From the NCBI GenBank assembly GCA_001949185.1, contig BDGG01000013.1:1250862-1314861 (forward strand): a stretch of 64,000 nt of DNA, given 5' to 3'. Positions 1 through 11,949 of this stretch are shown one piece after another (position 1 is the first letter of the stretch; every line of letters begins with the position of its first letter). The DNA is from Ramazzottius varieornatus (lineage: Eukaryota; Animalia; Tardigrada). A model generated the notes under the pieces. That model ran no database searches, was not told the DNA's origin, and saw nothing but the letters and a program-made list of their open reading frames with translations. The position numbers were made by a program, and so were the translations under genes.

Positions 1-67
1 CTGTAAACAAAGGCAATCTCAGATACGTTACAGCGGCTAAATTTATAATAACTGACATAATGATTAC

Positions 68-1874
68 CGTCAACAACCAGGTGGTAGGTTTGGCCATCGC
101 CCAAGTTGAATAATGAAGTTGCGCTGGTGGCAACACTTACATCCACCGCCTGGAAGTCGGTGGCAGGTGTCGGACAGGTGGCAGCCCTTGTGCTGATACT
201 AGGGTCGGTAGGACAGGCCAGCGATGATGATGCTTTCTGGTTCTCCATGTGCAGCTCAAAGAAGGCTCCACTGGCGTCTAAAGACATGTAGGCGAAGGTG
301 ACGGGAGGAAGCAACGAGGGACCACCGGGAGCGGGAAAGTAGGTAGCGATGGACTGGGGCTGGGTCTGCAGCTTGAACTTTTCGGTGGTGTAGTCCATCA
401 CGTATTCCGCCACACAAGAACCTGTAGTTAAAAACAGTAAAAGAGACGCACATAGACGCGGGAAATGAAATGAACTCAGATCGTTCTTCCAAGTGGCGCA
501 CGCTATCAGCCGGTAACAACGAAAACGTGCGCCACTTAAGATACCGATTTCGTTCAACACATTTTCCCACGCTCAACATGACGCTGTTACTACAGTACTG
601 GTGTTAAAAAATACCGGAAAAGAGCAGATATGTCTGGAACTGCTGGATAGGGCCAAGCAGATGGGAAGACTCATCGGGAGCAACGTTACAGAAAGTGGCT
701 TTTGAGCACGGGTCGACGGTTGTTGTTGGAGAAGGTGTCGTTGTGGGGGAAGGTGTTGTTGTGGGGGAAGGTGTCGTGGTCGGAGCGGTTGTGATACCTG
801 AAGCTTGGTTCCTGGCCGCCAGACAGTCCTCTGTAGAAACAGAGAGGAACGATATGCATACATAGATTTGCAGAAATAAACCGAAAGGTGAAGTTTGGAA
901 CGTGGACTTACGAGTTGGACAATTTTGAGTTGGGCAGCCGTAGATCGAGGCGATCAGCTGACAGTCAGTTTGGCTAAGCTGTGACAGACGGGGTATGGCT
1001 GGAGGTCCCGACTTGACAGTGAACGCAATTTGACCAGCTTTAGCGTAGTCCGAAGGCTGGTTGTGCGTGATGCTGCAATAGTCGTAGGGATAGAATCCCC
1101 ACGACGCATCGTTCGACGTGTAAAGACGATAAGCAGTCTACAGAAAGAGCATGAGCTGATACTTGGAAGGTCTTAAAATGAAACATTTTCCTTTCCTACA
1201 GGAAATTCAAGGGCGCCTCGGTCGACCGTGATGTATTGATCGCGATCTCCGCGTTGGTGTTCGTTTCGACGCCCTAAACGGAAGTCGGTTCTGTATCATA
1301 ACACCACTAATTGCAGAGCCAAAGACATGTCAGGATAGTACCGGAGAGAATTGTCCAGAATTTCATGAGCATCGTTAGGCTATCCGGCTTGCCCAAGCAG
1401 CCATACGGTCCGTGGGTAAAAATGGTATGTTGCTCGTTCCTGGCAGCAAAGGCGGTGACTTTGCCGGGATATGCGAAGCAAAACTGATCTTCCACCGTGG
1501 TTGAGGCGTTGTAGGCCGTCACTTTCACTTTGAAACGGGAATCACTGGCGGCGACCTCCACAAAGGTGATACAGTTTTGGGCTTGCGTTTGGACCAACTG
1601 TGCGGCTTGACGTATCAGAGCTTTCTCCGCTGCGCCTGCATAAGAAAAAAGGTCTCTTCACTGAGATTAGACGATGAGAATGTTTTCACTTACTGTAGCT
1701 GTTGTCGAGATAGTACAAGATGTTGTTCCTGTCGGGCCATCTCTGGAAGTGATAATCGGCGTTGATCGTTCTCTTCTGCCGCGCCAGGTGCTGATTCTTG
1801 CTCACGGTCCCTGAGATCGAGTTAAGTAAGGCTAGAGTGGTGAGAGATAAACCGAGTAACGTGAACCAGTACAT
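68..1874 (-). CDS. Secreted astacin-like (M12A fold) protein with degenerate zinc-binding motif; multi-exon, continues past window start
   Basis: Signal peptide MYWFTLLGLSLTTLALL, RQKR pro-site, NCITFVEV, MKFWTILSG|RRNEHQRGDRDQYITV (canonical HExxHxxGxxHEHxRxDRD), YPYDYCSITHN (canonical YDYxSIMHY), LSQTDCQLIASIYGC. Exons about 1874-1694, 1635-1342, 1273-1200, 1137-912, 830-615, 421-68 join in frame across GT-AG introns; position 1-2 is an acceptor AG. Confidence 0.85.
491..537. repeat. Short palindromic dispersed element (aagtggcgcacg-N23-cgtgcgccactt)
   Basis: 12-bp perfect inverted repeat inside an intron. Related copies at ~16447-16640, ~28625-28740, 34743-34788, 46479-46530, 58930-58974. 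Confidence 0.7.
720..783 (-). repeat. Coding tandem repeat (TTTPSP x3, 18-bp unit), mucin-like hinge
   Basis: Three gg(g/a)gaaggtgt(c/t)gt(t/g)g units translate to PTTTPSPTTTPSPTTTPSPTTT. Confidence 0.9.
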
Positions 1875-2516
1875 GTTTGCCACATATACTGTATATTATC
1901 CGGAAACGACAGCGCAGTAGAGTCGATCAACTACCGGTCTTTCTCAAGTACCGCATTTTGAGGAGGTATTATCCTACGAGGCGCGTGTTGCCTCTGATAG
2001 CGTATGGATGGTCCACGCATTTGCCTTCATCATTATTCGCTTCGGATGGCGGATGTAACGCTGATGCTGAGGCAAAAGTGGCCAGTTTGCGCATGTGCAG
2101 CTGTAATGAACATCCGTTCAGCAGCCGAGACCCTCAGCAGACGTCGTAGCTTTCGCGAATGTGGCGGTCATTGCGGCCAACTAAGGGAATTCTGATGAGG
2201 CTCATTCATGGTCAAACGTCTGTGGACACGTCGATGTAAGGAGCACTTCCAGCAATCACAAGCCAAACTTCCTCTGGTTCTGATTCTGGTTCGCGGTTCT
2301 GCACCGTTTAGTCTCATTACCACCGCCAGGCTGTTCGCGGCGATCCGGCATTGCAACCCAGAGTCGGTACCGGCATAACAACAGCAGTATTGTGATATTG
2401 CTGTTCATTGCTGCGCATAAACAAAAATATAATATTATTTAGGGCTGTAAGTATGACTTTGCGGTGTTCGACAGAAGACTTTCAAACATTTTTTCTGATT
2501 TTTCTAGCTTCGCGTA

Positions 2517-2969
2517 CACGCGCGACAAGATATTATGGGCCAGTAAAAATTACGGGCCAGGCCCTTTCGCTACGGCGGCGGGGCAGGTGATTCTTGCTAC
2601 AAGTAAAAACCAACATCGAAAGCTGGACTGCTATGCGTACGGTCCGGATATTGGGCCGAAGAGCTAAAGCTTGTCATAATTATCATATTATAGCAGCTAG
2701 ATGTCCATTTTACCGGAACACGTACACCTTAAACAGTTCAAGCTAGTCCAAGGCTTCTCCAGGAGAAAGTCGACAGCAAAGTTCAAGCGTTAGAGTAAAA
2801 CAGCTGATCAGCTGATGGCCACTGTCCATGAGAATTTTCCACGGTTGAATTTTACTGAGTTACGTCGTTTGTCCGATTTCTGTTTCTGACTTCCATACAA
2901 ACTGTAAATTTGCCGTCTTTTCCGCCTGGCCCGTAATTTTTACTGGCCCATAATATCTCGTCGTTCGTG
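2517..2969. mobile_element. MITE, Tc1/mariner-like (TA TSD)
   Basis: ~45-bp TIRs cacgcgcgacaagatattatgggccagtaaaaattacgggccaggc / gcctggcccgtaatttttactggcccataatatctcgtcgttcgtg, flanked by TA on both sides. Confidence 0.9.
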
Positions 2970-4139
2970 TACAGATATCAAAACTGAGCTCATGTTCCGA
3001 CTACGTGACCTGCTCTTGTGAATTTTCTAAAAATATTATCTAATCAATGCGATGAGAGTAGAAAAAACAAAAATGTCGAAAGAAGTGAAACTCAGTCTAT
3101 ACTCGACCTTCTCAAGATATTTCTGGCACGAAACTGGCACTCCGAATTGCAAAATGACAAGAGAGTTTTGTGGCACTGGAGGTGGCCAATTGCAGGATAT
3201 AAAAATCTGTGAAAGATATCTTTTGAAAATTTTCAAAAACTTTTGTGCAAAACGTGATGGTGAGTTGTGGTTGTCGACGTGCGCCAGTTTAGTGAGGTGA
3301 CGGTGCCCTAGTTTTCTCTGGAGTCTGGGAAAAGTTTCAACACGACTTCATTTCAATCGATCCAAGTGACGTTTTCGCACGCTACAGAAGCCTGTGTATT
3401 TTGCCTCGAGCGTTTTCATTTTTGTGCGAGCCACATGCGTATCGTGAAAAACGCAATGATACGTGGGACGCATCGAGTTTTACAAACTGTGTAGCTCTGG
3501 CATATAGGCCGTTCTTTTAGGCTGAGCTCTTGATTGGCTGTTCAAAATGTGAGGTGTCAGCTCGTTTGATGCCTGTGCTGACGAAGAAGACCCTAGAAAG
3601 GAAAGAAATTTATCAGCCTCGACAGTCTAGTCAACGGCCTCCTCGATGTTCAGAGGAATAAACCAATACTGTATCAGGTGTAAGAATGAACCGGTTGAGC
3701 ACTACAAACAATTATCGTTGGAAAACACATCCAAATGGCAAGAAGTTTCCCCGCTTCGAAAATCGAAAGCAGATAGTCAGTCCTATCCGAAATCAAACAA
3801 TCAACTCAGATGCTATGGTAAACAGTGAGGTTATTAATGAGAACAGGTTATCATCCGAACTTCCAAGGAGCGATGCCTTTATTGGACGACCAGTTCTCCG
3901 CTGTCAGGCTACGTTCCACATCGCTGGGGCAAATTCCGATGCGTCCGCTGTTGCAGGACCGATAGGGACGATGCGGACGAAACGAGGCTTTACCCCGATG
4001 CCTTGCAGATACGTGGATAGTTGTGACGTGTCTCTGAACACCCCTAATCGCGAAGTCCCGACTCGGAGGACCCCGCGCTTGTAGTGGATTGGCTGTTAGA
4101 GTCTTCTCGTCAGCCTGTTAGGTGCCCTTCATAATGAAT

Positions 4140-5190
4140 GATCTTACCTTCGCCGGACTTCGCTGTTCTTCGGTGATGAGATTTCCGTGCTGCGATATAA
4201 GCGAACGTAGAGGTGGAGGCCACGGTGCCGCAGCGTAATAGACTTTGGGGGAAAAAACGTTTCTTCCGATATATGGCACTTTCGCGACAGTCGACTCGTA
4301 AACGGGTCAGTCGGATTCGGATAATCGGAACTCTCATGTGTGAATTTCGACGAGTGCAACGTACGTACGTACAATGTTTGGGTCTCGGTTCGGCTCGTGA
4401 AGTCAGAGTCCTGATTTCCATTCCGCAGCTGTTTTCCCCAAAGTCTATGACGCCGCGGCACCGCTGGTGGTGGGCACTGTTGGAAGGACCGGTTTCGGAG
4501 TTTTGATAGCCTGCTGCGTACTGCGGACACTTGGCTCGGTAGATCGGGTTTCATGTATAGCTACACAAAAAGGCAGCGCACTATACCGGCTGCACAGTCT
4601 CACTCTGAGTGGCTATGATCTCATACCTTCTTCCAAACAGGCCTTGAAATTGTTCAGCAAACCGTCGAGGATTGGATTGACGAAGAGCTCGATGGCGAGC
4701 GCTGCCTCTGTTGGAATTTTCAATCCTGACTTTCTCCTTCACAGCAACTTCCATCCGAGACGGAAACAGTAGGACATTATCTGTATGTTGGAAGATTCAG
4801 ATCGACTGCAGGATCATCATCGGAGCTTATAACGAACAAGGGGGCTCCACTCTCCAGCATGTCCGCTTCCATTCTTTTTCATATTGGCTACAGCGTTCCT
4901 GTACCTTTCCAGGAGCTTGCCCTTGTTCCCGAAGATGGGAAGATCCACGGCCTTCAACTGCAGTTTCAGGGCTTCCTTCGAAAAAATAACGGGACCCGTC
5001 GTAGCATACAGATACAGGTTGATTATTGATTGCTCAGAAAAGCACGGAGTTTAAAAAATATCAAATCCGCAATAATTGAACACTTGAACTGATACCTGCT
5101 CGTAATGTTCGGATCCGAACCCGGAAGAGCTTGCCCGGTTCCTGCTGAATCACACGGCTGGTCGCCCAGTGTTCATCACGCTCTTCATAG
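4140..5190 (-). pseudogene. Degraded SAP-domain gene or transposon relic
   Basis: Minus frame 4984-4899 reads FSKEALKLQLKAVDLPIFGNKGKLLERY, a SAP-like pattern. Downstream frames have several stops; the 5' side abuts the TIR element at 5193. Confidence 0.45.
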
Positions 5191-5192
5191 TT

Positions 5193-6004
5193 CAGAGGTT
5201 AATACGGCGCTCGAGCAGAGCAAGAAATCGGATTAGCGTAGGACTGAGCCAATTAAAAGGAAGCACGTGGGCGGAGCCGAACCGACTGAACCCACTTTTG
5301 TGCTCGGTGCTTAATTCCCGGGTGAGGCATATGGGCCGTTACTCGAGTGCCTAAGAAATCCGAGTAACGTTCCAACTAAGCTTTTCTGTGGGTATTTCTT
5401 CCCAAAAGTTTTTCAAAACCTCAGATTTGCTTTCAAGACGTCCCATCGAGGTGCCAACTGCCCCTCTAACTGCATCTTTCAGGGTTTAACATCGGTTATT
5501 GATTATTCGTCAAACTGTAGCAACGACTGAACGCCCGACTCTGTCTTTGTCAACCTAGAAAACAACGAAAATCTCAGTGTGACTGTGGGTGTAGCTGTGG
5601 CTTTCGAAAATTCAATGAGACTGCAACTTCAACTGTGACTTTTACAGCAGTAAGAACTTTCTCTAACTGTGACTTTTGCCACTATCTGGATTTTACTTTG
5701 CCCTTAACTGCTGCTTTTCGTATCAAGATTCACTTGAGCTTTAAGCAGTCGGAACTGGACATCACTTTTTCCGTTGCTGTATCAGAACTGGAAACTTCGT
5801 GTGATTTGACATCGCATCTTACCAAAAAGTCATTAATTATGAAAATTGATGGAGGTTTTGCAAACCCTTCCGGAGAAGTTACGCTAATCGGCTGGATCGC
5901 GCAGCAATCTCAACCTCAGCCGATCAAAGTAAGGAATGGGAGGGGCCAAAGTCTTACGCTGCTCGGATTTCTTGCGCTGCTCGAGTTCCGTATCAACCTC
6001 TCTA
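5193..6004. mobile_element. Non-autonomous TIR element (~810 bp), copy 1
   Basis: Imperfect ~40-bp TIRs (agaggtt(a/g)atacgg..ctcgagcag.gcaagaaatc). A near-identical inverted copy lies at 37349-38160. No TSD recognised. Confidence 0.85.
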
Positions 6005-6224
6005 TTAATCCAATCGAAGCAGTATCCTCGCATTGCTAGCTGTGATGGCTCAGCCTGTCTGTGCGCTGCGCAGCAGACAAGCACGCCATCGTACAACACT
6101 GGCGTGATTCGCCCAACGTACATGCAATCGCTACTATAAATCCTGAAAAATGCTGCACATCGGACGGCTATACCTTCTGGCACAGTAGCCAGTTGCACTT
6201 GTACCAGTGTTGTATTTGGTTACA

Positions 6225-6480
6225 CTCTAGAGTAAAATCAATTTACTCTTTTCTTCAGTTGCAGTTTTACTCCCGAGAGTTAAACTAAGAGTAAAACTGA
6301 AACTTGGAAGAGTAAAAAGGGAAGTGAAACTGGGAAGGGATGCCTCTGAACGAGAGCAAAACTAAATTGGTCGGGAGTACTGAATTGTGTGAACTGAAAC
6401 TGTGAACCGTGGGAGTAAATTGAATTCATTCTGGAGTAAAACTGTGCCTAAATCTGGGAGTAAAGCTAAATACTACACTG
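6225..6480. repeat. Cluster of irregular (a/g)gagtaaa(a)ct motifs, probable transposon subterminal repeats
   Basis: About 8 copies of a gagtaaa-like motif with variable spacing. Confidence 0.5.
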
Positions 6481-6951
6481 ACTCGAGCTTCGAAAACTGT
6501 CGCTGTAGAAACTCTTTCCAGTCTCTGGTTTTTTTCTGTGTCATTGCTCAATGAAAATGAGAGCCAATGCTCTTGGGGATTACTCACTGAGCTGGAACGC
6601 ATGTATCGCGACGAACGGTACGACGTTCCACCCTAGCTTTGTTCCCTGCTTAGATTCACGACTGCAAGATGGTTGTATTTCACCGGCAGTCACACTCTCC
6701 TTGGCGATGGTTCACTTGGGTTGATACACCACGACAATTATGTGGCCAGCAAACAATTTCTGAGTGCTGGTTATTTCAAGTGTCTCAGTTGCCTTAGTTA
6801 TTTGCTAAACAGGTGCGCCATTTGAGATCACGACCATCTCGACATTGCTCACAGGCCTTCCATTTTTCGATGGAATCTGATCTGATTGTCGATGCAATCT
6901 GGTTATAATGAATCAAACACAATGGAAGCGCTGGGGAGACCCAAAAAGGCA

Positions 6952-8700
6952 TTATTTCCTGTTTGTAACCCATAGATATTCCAGACAAGCTACCAGAGAC
7001 GCCGTTATTTGGATACCAATGAGGCAAATAAAGGGAAGCGAGAGGTCGACTAGTTGTAAGCCTCGATTGCCCAAAGTTGGTTCGCGCTGGACCGGCTTCG
7101 GCACGCAGCTCGAGGACCTGTTGTTCCTCTTGAGCTCTTCCCTTGTGAAATGGGAGAAGTATCGAATTTTCCCGTCAATAATCCCATGATATGCGAGAAG
7201 GCTATGACTACAAAGAGCGTGGGACGTTGCGTACCGTTAGGTTACAGAGATCGAGTAACGGTAAAGAAAGATTGACTTACTGGCGACTAAAATCCTTGTA
7301 CAAATCGCTTCCTTTTCTGAACCAGAATGGGGCGACTGCATAGTCTTGTAGGTGTCCAATGGCTTCAACGAAATCGCAGGAATAGTTCGTCGAGAGAATA
7401 GTTCGCCCTTCTGGAGAAGTCACGTACACAGCGCGAGGAGCTTCGTCTTTGCGAATGAAGTCGTAGAAGTTTACTTTGTTACTAATCCCCTCCATCCTTG
7501 TCGCTAGTTTCTGGATGATCTCTTTTTTGGTTTCCTACGGTATGTGCAAAGAACGTTTTGTAGCAATTGTATCCGCTGCAAACCGGTCTCACCTTGAAAG
7601 ACTCTTTGAGAGCAAAGGTCCCGTAGATTTTGAAGTTGGTCAACAACAGCTCCTCCAATGTCGCGAAAGGGAGTTTTGCCAGAGGAGATGTGGCTAACTT
7701 TGACGGCAAGGTTGCATTGAATAAAGTAACGACCATCAGGGAAAACACGACCGAGGTGATAATCAGCGTTATGGAAGAAGCCAAGTTTCGTTTGAAGCCT
7801 GTTATATGCTCCGCTGCAACAGGGGTGTTTCAACCAAACGACAAAAGCAGGAAAAATAGGAATTTTCCACTTACGCCAGTCGTTACTGAGAACTCCCATG
7901 AATACATCAAACCAAATGTTCCTCCAGCGAAATGTCCGCCTATACCTAATTGCCCGCAGTTTTTGCGACAGCAACAGAGCAGTGAATATGACAAGAAGCA
8001 TGACGCCAATTCCAGCCCACGACGTCGGAGTGAAGGTATGGAAGAGCATGCGCCAAGAGCTAGTGGCGACATCGAAATCCAGATGACGCTTATGGGCTAC
8101 CATCGCATACGTCCTTGGAATTGGGGATGGAATCATGGAGTAGTTTCCGGACTCAGACCTAGAAGCCGTAATCAGTAACGTCTGGACACCCATATCCGCT
8201 TTGCCCATGATGACATCTCGTAGTGCTACACTGTCTCCGTAGAACACTGAGTCCGGGCTGGGGACTGGGTCATAAATCTTGCACCTGTGGCGGAACACTT
8301 TGGTAGGAAATATGGCAGGCTGGAGCAGGTTGGAGCAATCAGTACAGATACCTTATCCTAAGTCTTTTGCAGATTTGGTCTAAGGTGAATATCCATATGC
8401 CACCCCAGTATGTTTTGATTGAGCCATCGGGGCAGGGATCATCTGCTGGAAACGTGGTCTTCAGCACCCAAGGAGGATCAGCCTGTGACAATCGAAGTTC
8501 ATTTGCCGCTAGATTTCTGTGCATATCCCAGGTAGACATAAAATTACCACAGGACTGGCCACGTTGATATCGCTGCAGTTGTAGCACGAAAGCAGGCCTA
8601 CGTCGAATGTAGTGGTGGAGCAGTTGAAAACAGTTCGAGGTCCCCATGATTCCAGCCAGTTCCTGACTGCTTTCGAAGGTGGAAACATTTCAATATTCGA
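6952..8700 (-). CDS. Divergent ionotropic receptor (IR/iGluR-like), copy 1; 5' end unresolved
   Basis: S1 (DPPWV..., GKADMGVQTLLITASR), pre-M1 LFHTFTPTSW plus TM1, pore segment, TM2 ending LFNATLPSKLAT, LPFATLEELL, S2 (CDFVE, FWFRKGSDLYKDFS), HGIIDGK, TM3 LPFICLIGIQITASLVACLEY; stop at 6952-6954. Multiple in-phase GT-AG introns. Confidence 0.8.
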
Positions 8701-9483
8701 CTGGTACCGCAAAAAGGCAGAAACGGCAACTTTCTGATCTTGTGAGTCGCATGTAGCGTGAGCGAGGCAATGTCGCAAGATACATGTCGGCAGACTTAAT
8801 TGTCGGTCAGAAAAGCTTGTACGTTGACGTCAAAATTACACCGCTAAAACCTGTCCCGCATGCAACTGTTCCTTGCGTTTCTGATTCTTCACCCTCCAGG
8901 AGAAATCGTGCGTATTGTTGAGTGTTTCAGTCTTCAACGTCCAGTAATTTTTGCAGCTGTGTAAACCCGGAAGCAGTACGCACCCTGCTGAGTATACGCA
9001 TATTTTGGGGGACGGTCCCAGTTGGAGTGTCCGTTTCCCGACAGCTGTTACAGTGGTACGCTGCGCACGACAGTATACCTTTTCCGTTCCTTGTAGTAGA
9101 GTTCAGCTTACCCGTAGTTTCCTACGGCGATCGATGGACTGTGTGGTAAAACCATTGTAACCACTTCCGCGACCCCTGCCGACGTACGATGTCAAAGTTG
9201 CTGTTGGCCCATTCGGGCCAACAAGCAGGATCATTACTCACATTCAACTCCAATCAAAAACCGGCAGTGCAGAAAAGATACACTTCGTCTCAATTTAAGC
9301 CTTGCCAAAGGCTCAATGATGTTGTGATGATCCCCCATAGATAACATTGATGATTCAGGTAATGAACCAATAGCGCAGAATACTTATAATGGTCCGTACA
9401 CTCAAAACCGAGGAACATCTAAAAGGTAACCGAGAATTAGACGCAGGAGTGTTTGTGGACTGCGAGAAGAAGTTATCCCTCGC

Positions 9484-11233
9484 TCACCGATATTCGACAC
9501 AAGCTACCAGAGACGCCGTTATTTGGATACCAATGAGGCAAATAAAGGGAAGCGAGAGGTCAACTAGCTGTAGGCCTCGATTGCCCAAAGTTGGTTCACG
9601 CTGGACCGGCTTCGGTACACAGCTCGAGGATTTGTTCTTCCTTCTGAGCTCGTCGCTGACAAAATCCGAAAAATATCTGATTTTTCCGTTGATTATTCCG
9701 TGCGAAGAGAGAATGCTGAACCTGTTACAAGAGAGACGTTGCAATTGCTTGCCCATAACTTATTGAAGTCGATAACGGGAACATTACTGGCGACTAAATT
9801 TCTTGAACAGACGGCTTCCGTTTCTGAACCAAAATTGGGCGGCAGGGTAATCCTGGACATGTGCAATGGCTTCAACGAAATCGCAAGAATAGTCTGTGGA
9901 CAAGACAGCTCGTCCCTCTTCAGGAATCATGTACACTGCGCGGGTAGCCTCGTCTCTGCTAATGAACTGGTAATAGTTCTCTAAGTCCTTGCCGCTGACA
10001 CCCTCCATCCTTGTCGCCAAAGTCTGGATAATCTTTTTTCTGGTGTTCTACGGCACGAGGGAGAGGTTGTAGATAAGGTTAGCCATCGGTTATCAGAAGT
10101 TGAAACCAGCCGTCTGACCTTAAGGGATTCCTTGACGGCAACGGCTCCGTAAATTTTGAAGTCTGTTAACAACAGCTCCTCCATTGTTGTGAACGGAAGT
10201 TTTGCGAGAGGGCTTGTGGCTAATTTCGATGGCAAGGTTGTTTTGAACAAAGTAACCACCATCAGCGAGAACACTACTGACGTGATAATCAGCGTGATCG
10301 AAGAAACCAAGTTCCGTTTGAAGACCGTCAGGTGTCCCGCTGAAACGTCAAGGCACCGGTCAATGTACAGTGCAGTGTATACGGAAGAATTTTGAGAAAA
10401 TTTCAGAATTGGTCTTGACTTACGCCAGGTGTTACTGACAACTCCCATGAAAACATCAAACCACAGATCACTCCATCTCGCTGTTCTCCCGAATTTTGTC
10501 GTGCGCAACTTTTGCGACAGGAGAAGAGCAGTGAATATGACGAGAAGCAAAACGCCAATCCCAGCCCATGCCGTTGGTGTGAACGTGTAAAAGAGCATGC
10601 GCTGAGAGCTAGTGGCGACATCGGAAACCAGATGGCGCTTATGCACCACCATCCCGTAGGACCTTGAGATCAGCGATGGAATCATCGAATAGTTACCCGA
10701 CTCGAATCTCGAGGCCGTGATTAACATCGTGTGGACACCCATATCCGCTTTGCCCGTGACGATATCACGCAGTGCTACACTGTCTCCGTAGAACACTGAG
10801 TCCGGGCTGGGGACTGGGCCATAAATCTTGCACCTGAGACAGAAAAGAATTGAAAACCTGGTCAAGCAGGCTCATGGTGCGAGGACCTCATGCGCAAGCT
10901 TTTGCAGACTGTATCCAAGGCGAATATCCACACGCCACCCCAGTATGTCTTCATCGAGCCATCGAGGCAGGGATCATCTTCCGGAAACGTCTTTTTCAAT
11001 ACCCACGGTGGGTCCATCTGCAAAGATTTCTCTGGATAACAGGTATGATTGAATATCCAAATTCGCGTAATCAACGTATGGTGCGCAAGTACCAGGGGAA
11101 TGGCGACTGTGATGACGCTGCAGTTGGAGCATGAAAGCAATCCCACGTCAAAAGTGTTGGTGGAACAGTTGAAAACAGACCGAGGTCCCCATAATTCCAG
11201 CCAGCCTTTGGCTTCTCTCGATGGTTGCTCCAT
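9484..11233 (-). CDS. Divergent ionotropic receptor, copy 2 (tandem paralog); ends approximate
   Basis: Same exon structure and motifs as copy 1 (GKADMGVHTMLITASR, LFKTTLPSKLAT, LPFTTMEELL, FWFRNGSRL, LPFICLIGIQITAS). Confidence 0.8.
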
Positions 11234-11949
11234 GTTTTTCTTGACTTCCGTGTTTGTACGTTTGATGATCGCAAAAGAGCAGAAAGTTAAAACGCCAGGC
11301 GGTGCATAGCTTCAGAAGAGATCAGCGAACCCAACCGGTAAAAGAGCTGTCAGCAATCTTCTCAGAGCTGGCTCAGCCGCAATAAAACCTCACCCCGTTC
11401 GCCATCAAGCATGAGAACTCGGTCAGAAAACACCTGTCCAGTACATATAACCGTCCCTAAGGGTTACGACTCTGGTACCGCGGAGAACTCTAATCATGTA
11501 TGTGCACGTGCACGTTGTGAATACGCTCACTTTTCAACGTACGCGAGGCTCAAACGAAATCGGCTCCTCAAGCGGGCAGCTGTGCAATCCGGACGTCAGT
11601 ACGCGCCCTGCTGTGCATACAACTCAAGAGGTTTCTGAAGGATGGCCCCAGCTGTGGTGCTCCTTTTTATAGAATGTTGTTAAACGTTTCCATACACGGG
11701 TTGCCTTTTCCTGGTAAAGCTCAGCTCACCAGAAACAAAGCCAGAGATGCCTGCGGAGCCCAATGAATTTAGTGGCACAAACAGCTGGATTACTTCCTCG
11801 ATCTCTCGTCCGACATACTGTATGGTACGTACCATAGTCGCGCTGACAAACCGGACTTTGATCAAAAATTGGGAGGCCGGCAACCCCCTCAGGGAAGATC
11901 GTCTGCTCCAGTTGCGCACTTTTCCAGCCACTAACAAAGGGATATCCCA

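Noticed and set aside
6225-6480. Repeated gagtaaa motif as a CRISPR-like array
   Set aside because: Units are short, degenerate and irregularly spaced; eukaryotic context and no cas genes.
7482-7600. Apparent frameshift between IR ORFs (also at ~10020-10120 in copy 2)
   Set aside because: A GT-AG intron at the same position in both paralogs restores the frame.
7630-8178. Long plus-strand ORF (also 19431-20099, 32511-33065, 49850-50566)
   Set aside because: Antisense shadows of real genes on the opposite strand with no recognisable motifs.
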